A DNA stretch of 64,000 nucleotides from Tubulanus polymorphus (taxonomy: Eukaryota; Animalia; Nemertea). Where the stretch lies: the NCBI RefSeq assembly GCF_964204645.1, contig NC_134030.1, positions 7,482,778-7,546,777 of the forward strand. Direction: 5' to 3'. How positions within the stretch are numbered: position 1 is the first letter of the stretch; each line of letters opens with the position of its first letter. Shown here in pieces: positions 1-20,694 of the stretch. The notes beneath the pieces were generated by a model. It saw nothing but the letters and a program-made list of their open reading frames with translations. It was not told the DNA's origin and ran no database searches. Both the position numbers and the translations under genes were made by a program.

Positions 1-737
1 CTCTCGGCAATCATTCACACAAGTAGCCAAAAATTGGCCTATTGAAGTATTCCAAAAACCCACTCGGTTATTGTAGAACATGGTGGAATGTTCCAAGAGC
101 AGTGACTGATATTAAACAAACATTTATGAAATATATATGAAGCTAGATTGCAATTTTCCCGTTCAAAACATACTTTGAGCTTTAAAATTGAAATTATTTT
201 TTCTTTCTATTCAAATAGTATGGTTTCATTTTCTGAAGCTGATAGATATTATGACTAGGCAAGTTTTGATAACAAAAATAACCTCTTAAAAAACTACGTA
301 GCTACAGGTAGCAGTTTGAACTGAGTTTTTAACAAAATATTATTGATAGCTAGGCAACTATTGTAATTTCATGACAATTTTGTAACAAAAACTATTGTAA
401 CAAAAAGATCCCCATGCATGAAGTCAAACTAAGGTTCCTCTCCGAAATCTGCTAACAGCCTTAATAAGAATTTAGACTCACTTTGGTTTTTTGGCTTGCA
501 CCCGACTAGCTTCTTCACTCATACGTAAATATTCGTGAAAAACATCGCCGAAATCGTCAAAATTACGTGATATATTCTGCCGGTGAAGATCGTCCTTGTA
601 TCTGTCTCTGAACTCCAACTGTATATCGTCGAGAAACTTATCGATATACGACAATTGTAAAATCTTTTGATACGCGACCTGTCAAAAAAAAGAAGAAAAA
701 TTATTTTCAAAAATTTCTTTCCCTTTTTGAGAGCGTT

Positions 738-1215
738 TAGGGATCGTTCGATTAGTACATATGCAAAAAATATCCGAGTTTTTAAACATCTCCCTCCCTT
801 GTATACAACACTACTTTTTAACCTACCCCCTGTATCTACGCATAATGATTTTCGAGAAAACATACTTGTTAATGGTAACTATCAATTTGTGCTGTAGTAT
901 CTATCAAACCGAATGTGAAACATGCAATAGGATACAAACTGGACATGATCAGAATCCTCATTGCATTTTTCTAAATTCTGAGGATGCGGCCATCACGATA
1001 ATCGTTAGAACAATAACAAAGAGTTCTATTTGGTTAGGCTATAGGCTAGCACATCATAAAACAATATTATTATTCAATGCTGCCTCAAAAAGGTATATCA
1101 AATGGAGCGTAAGTACTATAGGCCTGTTTAGACCACCTCCCTCGCAATAAATATTTGCTTGCATTTTCACTGACCCCCGTCCTCAAACTCATGCGTAAGT
1201 ACTAAATGAGTCTAT
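738..1215. mobile_element. Degenerate PIF/Harbinger-like MITE
   Basis: Ends TAGGGATCGTTCGATTAGTACATATGC ... GCGTAAGTACTAAATGAG and internal C-rich tracts resemble a decayed relative of the family at 31691 and 62490. No clean TSD. Confidence 0.35.
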
Positions 1216-2869
1216 CAACTGTTTACCTAGACAAATAACTTTGGCCATAAATAGACGAGAACATTTCCAGTATTGATGAAAATCATTGAGTGAAAACCAC
1301 ATCAATTTAAAAAACTGTTATTGTTTTTTCTTTTGTTTCACTCTCATGATTTTGAAGGCACTTTCTTCGGAGAATTTTTCATCAAAACTTGAAGCGAAAC
1401 TTACCACGAACACTAATTCAAACTCATTATCGAGTTTATATTTAAGCGTCAGGGCGTCATGCGAAAATGTATTGTTTCCTCCCCTTTCCTACAAAAATAA
1501 ATAGAAAATTAATTTTTTTTTCATCAAGAAAATTGGGGAATCCCGGGGAAAGTACAGGATTCATCTTAGGTCGCTGATACGATGTTTTCTGAAAGTGTTA
1601 GGTACTATGTAAGATTCTTAGAATGATATTTACAGTTTTTGCACCTATCAAAAAGATGTAGGCTCCCAGCATAATCAGTAACAGCAAATATACATAAAGA
1701 GGATGTATTTTTGGTAACAGTCATAGAATACAGTATTTTGGCAAATTCCAAAAATAAATTTAGGTAAAGATGAACTTTAGAAATTCAAATTTGATATCCA
1801 CCAGAGATCATCAATAACATTTTCGCAATAAATCCAAGTAAGTAATCCCATTTTGCCAGTTTTAAGTGGAAAATTCAATTTCATCAATTTCAATTTTACA
1901 ACATTTTGAGGTGTGCGGCTTCATGATTGTGGGATTTACTTTTTTATTTTCCCCGTATGATTGGTCCTTTCAGAGAAGCTATTTAATACAACACCTCGTG
2001 AATTTCAGGGCATTCAGAGCGTTTCAAAATATAGAACCAGAAAGCAATCAACTACAGTCACATGCGAAGGCTGTGCCTAATAAGGAGGACCGGCACTGCT
2101 AACATATGGATTTTTTTTGAAATTTTGTGGAGATAAATTCGATATCGAATTTAGGTCTTACAGCTCACCTGTAAAATAACACTTTTGATTAAAGCGTTAA
2201 CGGAGGGTGTAAACAGTTGACTCGTGCCCTGGAAACACCATAAAACTATCCCTCCTTTACTAAAAATCGTAAATAAATCCAACATTTTTGGGTCGCAGCG
2301 TATCACTCTTTCCACGCAGGAAATTCACTTCCTGGTTCCACTGAAATGTCGTGAAAACACGGATTAGGACTCAAACGCGGAATACATTGCGCAATCCACG
2401 TTCCGGCAGTGGTAGCAGCACCATACGGTCACCTAGCGTAATTTATACGAACCGATACTGCGCGGCCTACATTAATACCAGCTAACTATCAACTATCTAT
2501 TCTGTTGATTTGTTTTTTTTCGAAACTTTATTCAGAAATCATTTCAAATAGCAGGCATTTTTCTTTGATTTCTTAATCACCGCGATTGTTTTTCAGACAT
2601 ATTTGATCGATCGTTTTGATTGGTGAAACCATGGACTTTCCGGTTTTAGAGTCCATGGTGAAACTAGACTTTTATGATCGTACTGCATTTCAATTATAAT
2701 GTTTTGTAATAAAAACCTGCATTTAAACACTACAGTGATGTTGTTTTTTATAAGGGAACCTGCAAGGTCCGTCAAAATATAATTTTACACTCAGTATGAT
2801 CGCCGTACGGACGCTCTATTACAAAGGTCCCCAGAAATCCGTACGTGACAATGTATTAGCCAAGTCTAA

Positions 2870-3265
2870 GGCGAATTTATCACGTCAAATTAAATTTGAT
2901 TTTAAGGAAAATACTATTCATCCTGGCAAAATAAAATTTGATTTAATTTTTTAATTTAACACTGTATCAAGATTCAAATCGATCTATCAAATCATTCACC
3001 TCCGGAGGTGATTTGATACGATTTGAAGATGGTGAACTCACACATTTCTTTTCGAAAAACTGATATCAATGGTCAAAACTTAAAGACAAACTGAAACTCA
3101 TTCATAGGAAATAATATTTCATAAAGCGGGCAGTATTTTCATGTCAGCCGTTTTGAAAAATTCGTCAAATTCATCCTGTTTTGTAAATCCTATTTGATTA
3201 GATTTCACACGTGACGTGCTAATCATAATTAGGAAAATCAAATCTGATTTGACAAGATAAATTCG
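2870..3265. mobile_element. Old MITE with imperfect ~33-bp inverted repeats
   Basis: CGAATTTATCACGTCAAATTAAATTTGATTTT near 2872 is an imperfect reverse complement of AAAATCAAATCTGATTTGACAAGATAAATTCG near 3234-3264. Confidence 0.5.
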
Positions 3266-3828
3266 ATTTTCGGCTGGATTCAATGCTAGATCGATTACTT
3301 TAATTAAGTTAACTTACTCTTTCCAGAGTTTTGGCCTGCTTATTTCTGGTTAGTGCAGGACCTTTGGAGCGTTTAACTATAACGGATAACCGACTGTTAC
3401 ACCTTCAGCAACTGGAATAACGAATGTTATTTGGCATTATAGATAACTCCACAGAGCTCGTAATTCTGGAGACCAGTGCTTTCTGAGACCTGCACGAAAA
3501 TCTCCCCTGCCAGGATTCGACCTCGATTCAAACTCGTAGCGACATTGTACATTTTGTTATGCGCGGCGGCGCGGGAATCTGAGACACTATCAAAATATCA
3601 ACATCAATATCAAAATGGCGTGCTCAACTTACGCAAAAATGAAAAACCTCGCCTAATTTCAAACATAGGTTGCCTCCTTTAAGACCCCTGGGAATCAGTA
3701 TTTCAATATTCGGTAAGTATTCATAACATTAGTTAAAATGACGAAAATATTTCATCTTAGATATTGCGGGTAATCATATTTCAGAGGTGAATCATTATAG
3801 CACATGGTGAAAATCAGTCAAGCAAGAC

Positions 3829-4445
3829 CACAGGCACTTGAATATGGGCTTTGATAATGGATAAATATTTGATAATTCACCAGCGATACGTTAATCCTAC
3901 TTTGATAGATCCGCCATGTTTTATAATAAATTTACCCATGATGCAACGCGCGGCCGTCGTTTAGCTATACTATACAGAAAGGCTGGAAACGATCCTATCT
4001 CCGTAATGCTTAAATCTACCCGCAGTTATCGGGACAGCCGAACACTGCCGATGATTGCCGAAGTACGTCCTTAGTGTCAATTTTAATCCTGATATATAAG
4101 GAGCGCCCATAATTTCAATTGTAGATGATTTTTTTGGAAACATTGACACTGTTTTAGCTCCATTAAAGATTTTAAATGGCAACAAAATTGATTTTTGAAA
4201 ATTCGCGATGCCTCTTCGGGATTGCTGTGACGTCATCTGTCCCGATAACTGCGGGTAGATTTAAGCATTACGGAGATAGGATCGTTTCCAGCCTTTCTGT
4301 ATAGTATAGCTAAACGACGGCCGCGCGTTGCATCATGGGTAAATTTATTATAAAACATGGCGGATCTATCAAAGTAGGATTAACGTATCGCTGGTGAATT
4401 ATCAAATATTTATCCATTATCAAAGCCCATATTCAAGTGCCTGTG
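3829..4445. mobile_element. Young non-autonomous DNA transposon (MITE), probably P-element superfamily
   Basis: 209-bp TIRs (3829-4037 and 4237-4445) look identical by eye. They start CACAG, matching the P-superfamily CANRG terminus. A 7-bp direct repeat GCAAGAC flanks both ends (3822-3828, 4446-4452). Confidence 0.9.
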
Positions 4446-5746
4446 GCAAGACACGTTGAAAAACTAAAAAGGGCCAATGATGGATTGGCTGACCATAAGG
4501 GCAGATCCAGGAATTTAGAATATGGGGCTCAAAACTGAGCTGACTGTCATCTGACTGCCATTTCTAGACCATTTCTACCGATCGCCGCTGTATACGGGCA
4601 ATACTTTTACTAGATGAACTACAAAGCTTTCACATGTATACTGCCTAGTTTATTCCTTTAGAATTTATACAATTTCATAATCATTTCATGATTTGTTCAT
4701 TAACGCTTTTCAGTACGAAAACACATTTTACTTTTGGTATGGTCAAAAAATCAAACAAGGAATACATTGCAGCGATGTTCGCTTTATTGACGGGTGTATG
4801 ATTTTTAAAGATTGGATATCGGATATTTGAAAACCATTTCAATCATTGGTCAACTTTTAATATTGTTCACCACGGGCAAGGGCCATTCTATAATTATAGT
4901 TGATTATTGCCAAGATTTAATTACTAACAAAGTGTTCATATTATTGATGCAGAATGATGTGCTGCGCAGAGGATATTATTCATATTAGTGGTCTAAATGA
5001 GTGACACATGGGAAGTGCAGAATTTTTGTCTAGTCCCGTGAAACTTAATTCATCATCTAATTGAGCTCTTAAAAACGGTACAGATATGAAATTATGGAAA
5101 GAAAAAGTTTGTTGTCGAAGATGGTGTAGCGCTGTGGATTGCTATTGATCGACGTCGCGGGTGAGGACATCGGCGCTATTTGACGCTGTGGATCGGGTCC
5201 ATACGCAAGGACTAGTCGCTAAAGCTGTGCTGTTACCGGTATGCGATCCACTTTTTTTTCGCTGGATCGCCTCTGTCCCGGCGCTAATTTGCGCTGATTT
5301 CGTTTCTGGCCCCTATAAGGCGGGGACTTTCATTGACTGGTGCATAATGAATTTATTCTGTTTTTATCCAATATCAATTTTAATACTTTCTGTTTTCATT
5401 TGTAGATGTGTAAAACCATTTTATAAAGAATTGACATCAGAAAAATACTTACAGTACAAACAGTGTAAGTTTATTTCATCTTTTAAATGTTTTCTTCATC
5501 GGTTTCAGAAACAGATGATATTCATCTATTCATGTATCTTCATTACTTTCTTTTATGTCTGATGTTGAACTCTGGAGGCAACACCTAAACCGTAGATAGA
5601 AAGCCCTGGATAAATGAACTACACAGATTGGAGCGAACAATTTAATTTGTAAGTTTGAATTTTGAATTTGATAATCCTGCAGTTATCCTAAGGAAAGAAA
5701 ACAATCTTTGGTTTGTCTATCATAGGTATCTCTACAATGGGATCTT

Positions 5747-5975
5747 GGATTCAGTACAGGACAACAAGGAATCAATGCTTTACAAATAAGACTTTCTTGG
5801 AATCAGCGGAGGACAACAAGGAATCACTGCTTTAGAATAATACTTTTTTGGATTCAATACAGGACCAGGAATCAGTGCTTTACAGTAATACTTTGTTGGA
5901 TTCAATACGCGACAAGGAAACAGTGCTTTACAATCAGACTTTCTTGGATTCTGAGCAGGACATCAGGATTCACTA
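5747..5975 (+). repeat. Degenerate ~50-bp tandem repeat, about 5 copies
   Basis: GGATTCAGTACAGGAC(AAC)AAGGAATCA(A/G)TGCTTTACA..TA.GACTTTCTT recurs near 5747, 5799, 5850, 5898 and 5946. Confidence 0.75.
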
Positions 5976-6480
5976 AATGGAAATTGAAGATAAGTTACAT
6001 TTATCTCTTATTTATCGGTTGTTGATTTGATTTTAAGGGACCAGTTTTAAAAAAAAATGAAATCTGGGCTTGAATCCATTCATATGTCTTTCGGTGTATA
6101 TTTGTAAGGATCAGTTCATAGTTGGGATTGTTATTTCAGGGATACATAAAAGATTTAAGCGGTTTACAGGTTTTCTAAATTGTGATCGACTCTTAAATAT
6201 TATTTCTAATCAATACGAAACTGGTCCCTAATGCAAATAACTCAACTGTTATCAATCATGTTACTTCGTCACAATCAGGTGTGTTCACGATTTCTCTAGA
6301 TTATACTATTGTAGATTTGGGACTGATTGAACAGTTACAGATATGTAAAATAGTGTTCAGATACAGAGTACAGATCACTGTATTACTTCATCCTGTGATT
6401 GAACAGTGATTTGTTCTCTCATCTTCACTATTCCCATCCGTTTAACTAAAACATCGTAACACTTCAACTCATCTAACCGC

Positions 6481-6935
6481 AGGGTTTGGGGAGGGTGGGT
6501 CGGGTTGGGGGGAGGCAGGGGTAGAGGGAGGGTGGGAGGGAAGGGGTCCGGGAGGGTGGGAGGGAAGGGGTCCGGGAGGGTGGGAGGAAGGGGTCAGGGA
6601 GGGTGGGAGGGAAGGGGTCCGGGAGGGTGGGAGGGAAGGGGTCCGGGAGGGTGGGAGGGAAGGGGTCCGGGGGGTGGGAGGGATGGGGTCTGGGAGGGAG
6701 GGAGGGACGGGGTCCGGGAGGGCGGGAGGGACAGGGTCCACGTGGGGGAGGGATTGGGCCTGGGAGGGTGGGGGAGGGATGGGTCCTGGGAGGGTGGGGG
6801 AGGGATGGGGTCTGGGAGTGAGGGTGGGTGTAGGGGTGGGCTGGGGATGGGTGGTGGTAGGACTTTGGACGGAGGGGTGAAGGGTATAGGTGGGTGGTGG
6901 TGAAGGGTTTAGGTGGGTGGCAGTGTAGGGTTAGG
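6481..6935 (+). repeat. G-rich 24-bp minisatellite (G-quadruplex-prone)
   Basis: Unit GGGAGGGTGGGAGGGAAGGGGTCC has four runs of at least 3 G. The 8-aa periodicity in the spurious ORFs confirms the 24-bp period. Confidence 0.9.
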
Positions 6936-8880
6936 TACAGGTGTAGTCGTAGTAGTTTTTCTTAATCAGGATATTTCAGAAAATGTGTCCCATTTTTATC
7001 GTATTCTAATAACCAATAGCCTAGAATTAGTAAAAAACACCTTTACTGTTAGGCATCGTCGCCTAAGACTTGAACACGTCATGTTACAGCCGTTACACAT
7101 ACAACAAGCTGTATAACCACTGGCCAATTGAACTAGTTCTATTAGTTTTACTGGTTTATAGCACGATTGCCCACTATGAGACCCGCGTTCGATCCCCGGT
7201 TAGTGCGGGTAATTTCACTGTCACTTCTCTTAATCTTCAAAGAGATAATTGCCCCTGATTTTTGAATGGGCATTTTTCAATTTTTAGGAACGTTATTCAA
7301 GTTGGCCGCGAATGATTAATTTACGCAAATGATTAGAAACTGATCCCTGGTAACGATTGAAATATAGCTTAATGAGCAATTCAATTAATCAACTATGAAA
7401 TTTACGTAATAATTACCGTTGAAAGCTGGTAGCGTACAACTTCTTATGTGCTCCTTTAGAAACCATTCGAAATACTGACTGTAGTTTAAGAACTGTAGTG
7501 CGGCCTGAGGACTTTTTGTTGAGATGCAGTCCACGTCACGGGGGCGCGTGTTCCCCTTTTTGAACAAATGATCGCGGAATTTTCTCCCTAAGACTTGTTT
7601 ACAAAATGGTGAAATTGTGAGCGTATTTAATTCCTACTTTCTACAAGGAAAGCACTCTGAATGCAACTACATCCATCTGATTTTTCAATATTTCGCCCAG
7701 ACCCCCTTTTAGAGTTTCGCACCTGCGGTGCTCGCTCATTACACGTGTGCCACGAACACGTGTGAAATAGTGACTCAATATTCCATGGGTCATTCATTGC
7801 TGCATCTTTTCTGGCTGCAGATTCGAAGACAAACATACTCTCTATTTTTGAAGGAGAGCATGGAATATATATCGGTAGTAGTAAGTTATCCTAGTGTTTT
7901 CACAAAAAGGGGACACATTTTCTGAAATAAACTGTAAGATTTATGGGCGTAACAACTGTAGGATTTATAGGCGGACAATGATGACACAGGTTGACGAAGA
8001 CAGACAAAGAGTGACTATTTTTCTATCATACATTCAACAACATTCATATTTCTATATAGATTCTATTGACATTGGTATATTCCAAGCTATGACTTCTTGT
8101 TTTCTGAACAGAATTACTTAAAGACACTGTGAGCTATACTTATATCAGGAAATGTTTTTGAACCTGATCTAGTTTTACCTTGAGTTTTCACAGTAAGCCC
8201 CTTCGCACTACTTTGAGTGAGTAGTTCACTTTGATAAAGCACATTTATACATCTTAGTTACGGATCTAAGAATATAGCTGCAAAACAGTGATAACGGGTT
8301 TTCTGCCTTGTTGGATTGAATTTTGTACTTAAAGGCGTAAAGAGGTTTCGTCAAAATCGATTCATAAGAACGAACGGCTCTTTTGAGGAGCGCCACCTAG
8401 GGGTCCATTCACATACTGGAAGCACATTTATACATCTTAGTTACGGATCTAAGATTATTTCTGTGATGAGAGTTATTTAAGATCTTAGTGATTTAGTTAG
8501 TTAGTTCAATTTTTTTATAATTCCGTTTTAAGGTTATTGCGTATGTTGTAATTAATTGTGAATATTGTTTTTTCCTCCATATACCATAGAAATGGTTGGA
8601 GTATAATTGATATGCATTGATAACAATGCAGTCCAATAAAGATTTATTGCTTCCAAGTTTACGTGCAGGCTTTCGAACCCATGAGACTTACGCGTGAAAT
8701 GTTCCTTACGAAAAATATTATTCCGATAAAATCATCAGGATCCTTACGATCACTTAGATCTACAAATGCTATGGCTGTATTTTGTTGGATCATCGTTATG
8801 AAAGCGCTGTCAAGTCGTAAACATATATTGTATTAGCTAGTTGCAAATTGCCAATTGCTAGTTGCCAAGAGCTTGTTGTC

Positions 8881-16782
<7,902 letters not shown>

Positions 16783-16805
16783 AAATAAAAAAATAAATAA
16801 ATAAA

Positions 16806-17000
16806 TTTCACGGAAGAACCCATAATTGGGGAAACCCGGGCTAAAATAAAGCAGGATTCCCGATTGACTAATAACGACATCACCTATTTGCGCCCGTGCG
16901 CACTCGGTCTAGTCTCGCATGGTTCGGACCGTGGCAAGTATCGATGCCATCACGTTCAAATCCCTGCCGGGGGGAAGATGGTTTCATGCTGGGTATCATC
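16806..17000 (+). mobile_element. tRNA-derived SINE-like repeat
   Basis: A-box-like CTCGGTCTAGT and B-box GTTCAAATCCC. Homologous copies at about 35560-35710 (+) and about 35385-35490 (-). Confidence 0.6.
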
Positions 17001-17295
17001 TTTTGATAATCCTGCTGTAAATAACAGAAATATACACCAAGGTGGCGCTAGCGGACAACAAGCTATTATCAATAAGCAAACTAGCAATAACTAGGGCATA
17101 TGGCAATTAGCAACTAAAATGTCCCCTAAACGCTTCCATATGAATCAGCAGCAGTGAATTGGCAGCACCAATTGAATTCTGCGGACTACAATCAGAAAAT
17201 CAATTCAATACGGATTTTATCACTTCCAAGTTGTTTGAGATCGCGGAATCATTGATGCAGAAACCCGTTATCGCTGCTTTGCAGCTATATTTCTC

Positions 17296-17337
17296 GTTCC
17301 TGAAGATGAATATTAGAATATAGTCGAAACGTAGAAT
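17296..17337 (+). ncRNA. Minimal type I hammerhead ribozyme of Penelope-like element type
   Basis: TTC-CTGAAGA-T-[GAaTAT..ATAgTC stem II, one mismatch]-GAAA-CG-TA-GAA. Core boxes are intact, helix III is the palindrome ACGT, stem I is TTC/GAA, and AATAAA overlaps the 3' end. Confidence 0.7.
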
Positions 17338-17979
17338 AAACTGCGCAAATCTGAGGAAATATTTTCAGTCATAATATAATTTTGTCGTTATAATTGTGGG
17401 ATTCTCTACGTGTTTTATCAAGGGTTATAGTTTCATTTCTCTTTATGACAGTTAGATTATTTTGCCATTTTTCACTATCATATCAGTTTATATGATAGTT
17501 ATTTCATCCTCCGCAGTTTAAGTATTTGAAATTTTATCAGTGCTTCAATTTGTCGGATTATATGAAGTAGCTCTTTGACGCTTGATTGATGGATTACTCC
17601 AGACTCGATTTAGATCCTTATTTTTGACATTATTAACAAGTACAGATTGTGAACCCATTCAGGGTAATCTTAAAGCAGGTCACACATTAGCCTCAAAGCC
17701 GCTGCAACAACTATGCAGTGACAATTTACCAGCAGCATTGTAGGCGAAAAATTTTCCCGCACACTAGCAACAACAATGCAGCTTCAAGTGCTTCTTTGGT
17801 CAGTGTTAAAGGTCAAGTGGCCAATTAATCAATAATATGATCGTGACGCATGCACATAGAAACTAAATCCTGCGGCACTAAGGCAGAATTAGGCGCACCC
17901 TTAGGCGAACTTGCGGCTTTGCGTCAAAGAAATGTAGCATGTTAGATATCGGCAAAACACCTAGAAATTGCCCCCGCAT

Positions 17980-19115
17980 AAACCAGGGCCATCACCAAAC
18001 CAGGGCCATCAACCAAACAGTGAATCTTAGGTCACCAAACCAGGGCCGTGAAACAAAATTTTAATCTTAAATCACCAAACCAGGGCCGTGAACCAAATGT
18101 TGACACTTTGGTCACTAAACCGGGGCCAGCAACCAATCTTTGACACTAAAGTCACCAAACCAGAGTCATGAACTAACTTAAAACCTTAGGGACCGAACCA
18201 GGGCTGTGAACCAACTTTGATTTGGTCACCAAACCAGGGCTGTGAACAAAGGACTCAAGTCACCAAACTAGGGCCATGAACCAAACTTTGACTCTTAGGT
18301 CAACAAAACAGAACCATGGACCAAACGTTGACTGGTCCCCAAACCAGAGCTGTGAACCAAACGTTGACTCTTTGGTCACCAGACCAGGGCCGTGAACCAA
18401 GCTTTGACTCTTTGGTCACCAAACCAGGGCCGTGAACCAAGCTTTGACTCTTTGGTCACCAAACCAGGGCCGTGAACCAAGCTTTGACTCTTTGGTCACC
18501 AAACCAGGGCCGTGAACCAAACTTTGACTCTTTGGTCACCAAACCAGGGCCGTGAACCAAACTTTGACTCTTTGGTCACCAAACCAGGGCAGTGAACCAA
18601 ACTTTGACTCTTTGGTCACCAAACCAGGGCCTTGAACCAAACTTTGACTCTTTGGTCACCAAACCAGGGCCGTGAACCAAACTTTGACTCTTTGGTCACT
18701 AAACCAGGGCCGTGAACCAAACTTTGACTCTTTGGTCACCAAACCAGGGCCGTGAACCAAACTTTGACTCTGTGGTCACCAAACCAGGGCCGTGAACCAA
18801 ACTTTGACTCTCTGGTCACCAAACCAGGGCCGTGAACCAAGCTTTGACTCTTTGGTCACTAAACCAGGGCCGTGAACCAAACTTTGACTCTTTGGTCACC
18901 AAACCAGGGCTGTGAACCAAACTTTGACTCTTTGGTCACCAAACCAGGGCCGTGAATCAAGCTTTGACTCTTTGGTCACCAAACCAGGGCCGTGAACCAA
19001 GCTTTGACTCTTTGGTCACCAAACCAGGGCCGTGGACCAAGCTTTGACTCTTTGGTCACCAAACCAGGGCCGTGAACCAAACTTTGAATCTTTGGTCACC
19101 AAACCAGGGCAATGA
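17980..19115. repeat. 40-bp satellite array
   Basis: Unit GGTCACCAAACCAGGGCCGTGAACCAAACTTTGACTCTTT. About 18 near-perfect copies at 18370-19110 and degenerate copies at 17980-18370. Confidence 0.97.
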
Positions 19116-19515
19116 ATGAAATGTCTAAAGCTATCAAAGTCTATAATAACACAATTAACTCTGTTGTCTTCACGAATCTATATTTGAGGTTGAAATGATT
19201 TACGTGGAATGGAACTAATGACGTTGTTAATGTAAGAATCATCTGTATACAATATTGTATATCAGTGCTGCTGCTGCTACCGGTTTTATTGGCGCTGTGA
19301 GGGATTCTCTAAATCAACAAACATGTTACTGTCATCGATTTATTGCTGCTTTTCTCTACAAGACATATAAATTTGACATATAAACTTGATCCTAGTTGGA
19401 ACTGGTGAGTGCCGGTGAGAAGACAAATGATAAAATATGAAAAGCCAATAAGAAAAAGCCATATGAAAAGAAAAATATGAAGAGAATGTAAAACAGTATA
19501 AAATGCTGGTATAAA

Positions 19516-19702
19516 GAGTGGAGTCCGAGAGCAATTCGATGGTCTAGGTCCTGCTGGCCTAGATGGCGGGCAGGGGTCTATTCCTACCTCGACTCAAAAG
19601 CACAGAGAACAATATGAAGAGTGGGGTCCGAGAGCAATTCGAAGGTTTAGTGTCCTGCTGGCTTAGCGAGCGGGCAGGGGTCTATTCCTACCTCGACTCA
19701 AA
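19516..19702. repeat. Tandem duplicated ~85-bp hairpin-forming module
   Basis: Two copies (about 19516-19598 and 19618-19702) of AGAGTGG.GTCCGAGAGCAATTCGA...CCTGCTGGC....GCGGGCAGGGGTCTATTCCTACCTCGACTCAAAA. Confidence 0.85.
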
Positions 19703-20694
19703 AAAGATTCTGTGCGCTGAAACAAAAAAGACTGTAAAAGAAAAGAAAAATGGCAAATGATGAAATATGGCTGTATTTTATTCGTTCCGCTGGGTTCAAG
19801 TGTAACTTAAAAAGACAATGAAAAAGATTGTTTTTTATCTATTTTGTAACACGTAGACATAGGCAGTTTATAAACATTGATTAATTAATCTTATGAAAAG
19901 GATTCCATAAAACAGCTTGCTCATATAAAGCTTCTAACAGCAGTAGTAGTAGAGAGATAGAAAAGTCTAATCTGACTATCAACTGTCATTATTCCACAAT
20001 GGTTTCATAATGAGAATTATGACATGTAGAATTCGTGAAGCAACATGAATAGCCTTGTTAGTTTTTGATCTATCCGAATCGGCCATCATTCTTGTCCTTG
20101 GTTTGTGTTAGCCCTCCACACAGCATTGTAAGTGTAGATGTTTGGTCTGGTTCGGGTGAATCCTTTATACCTCCCACCCTCACAACAATGTTAAGTTTAG
20201 TTTCTTTTGGATAATGGTTTGGTTTGGATAATTTAGAGATTAACACCTCTACAACTGAAACTCACCATTTGATAAACGAAACCTATTTACAGCAACATTC
20301 CATGAAACTTAAATTGATGTGGACAATCCCCAACATAATACCAGCGTATAGTCATATAACCACTAATTGGACGGCTAAGAAAAACTAGAAAGGAATATTT
20401 TGAATAAAGTATAATAAGAGTCAAAGTATGGTTCACGGCCCTGGTTTGGTGACCAATTGAGGAATCATCTATAGAAATGAGGCCTTTTTTTTTCAACCCT
20501 GTGATTAGTGTTTGATCATTTGGTATTTGATCATTTGAATTCCTCCATCCCTGAGTTATGTGAATGATGCAATCGATTAAGTATTTATATCTCTTAATTC
20601 AAGTGATATGATCGTGAAAAATGGCAAATCGTTTTTGAGGTATTGTAGACAAGAGTGATGACATAGGAGGAGACAAGAGAGTTGAGGAGGCTTG

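Noticed and set aside
6469-6903. Gly/Arg-rich or Pro-rich protein ORFs (also at 20770-21402)
   Set aside because: They are open in several frames only because the G-rich minisatellite lacks stop codons.
7140-7210. tRNA gene
   Set aside because: Only a B-box-like GTTCGATCCCC is present and I could not build a cloverleaf. At most a SINE remnant; the same applies near 50865 and 52245.
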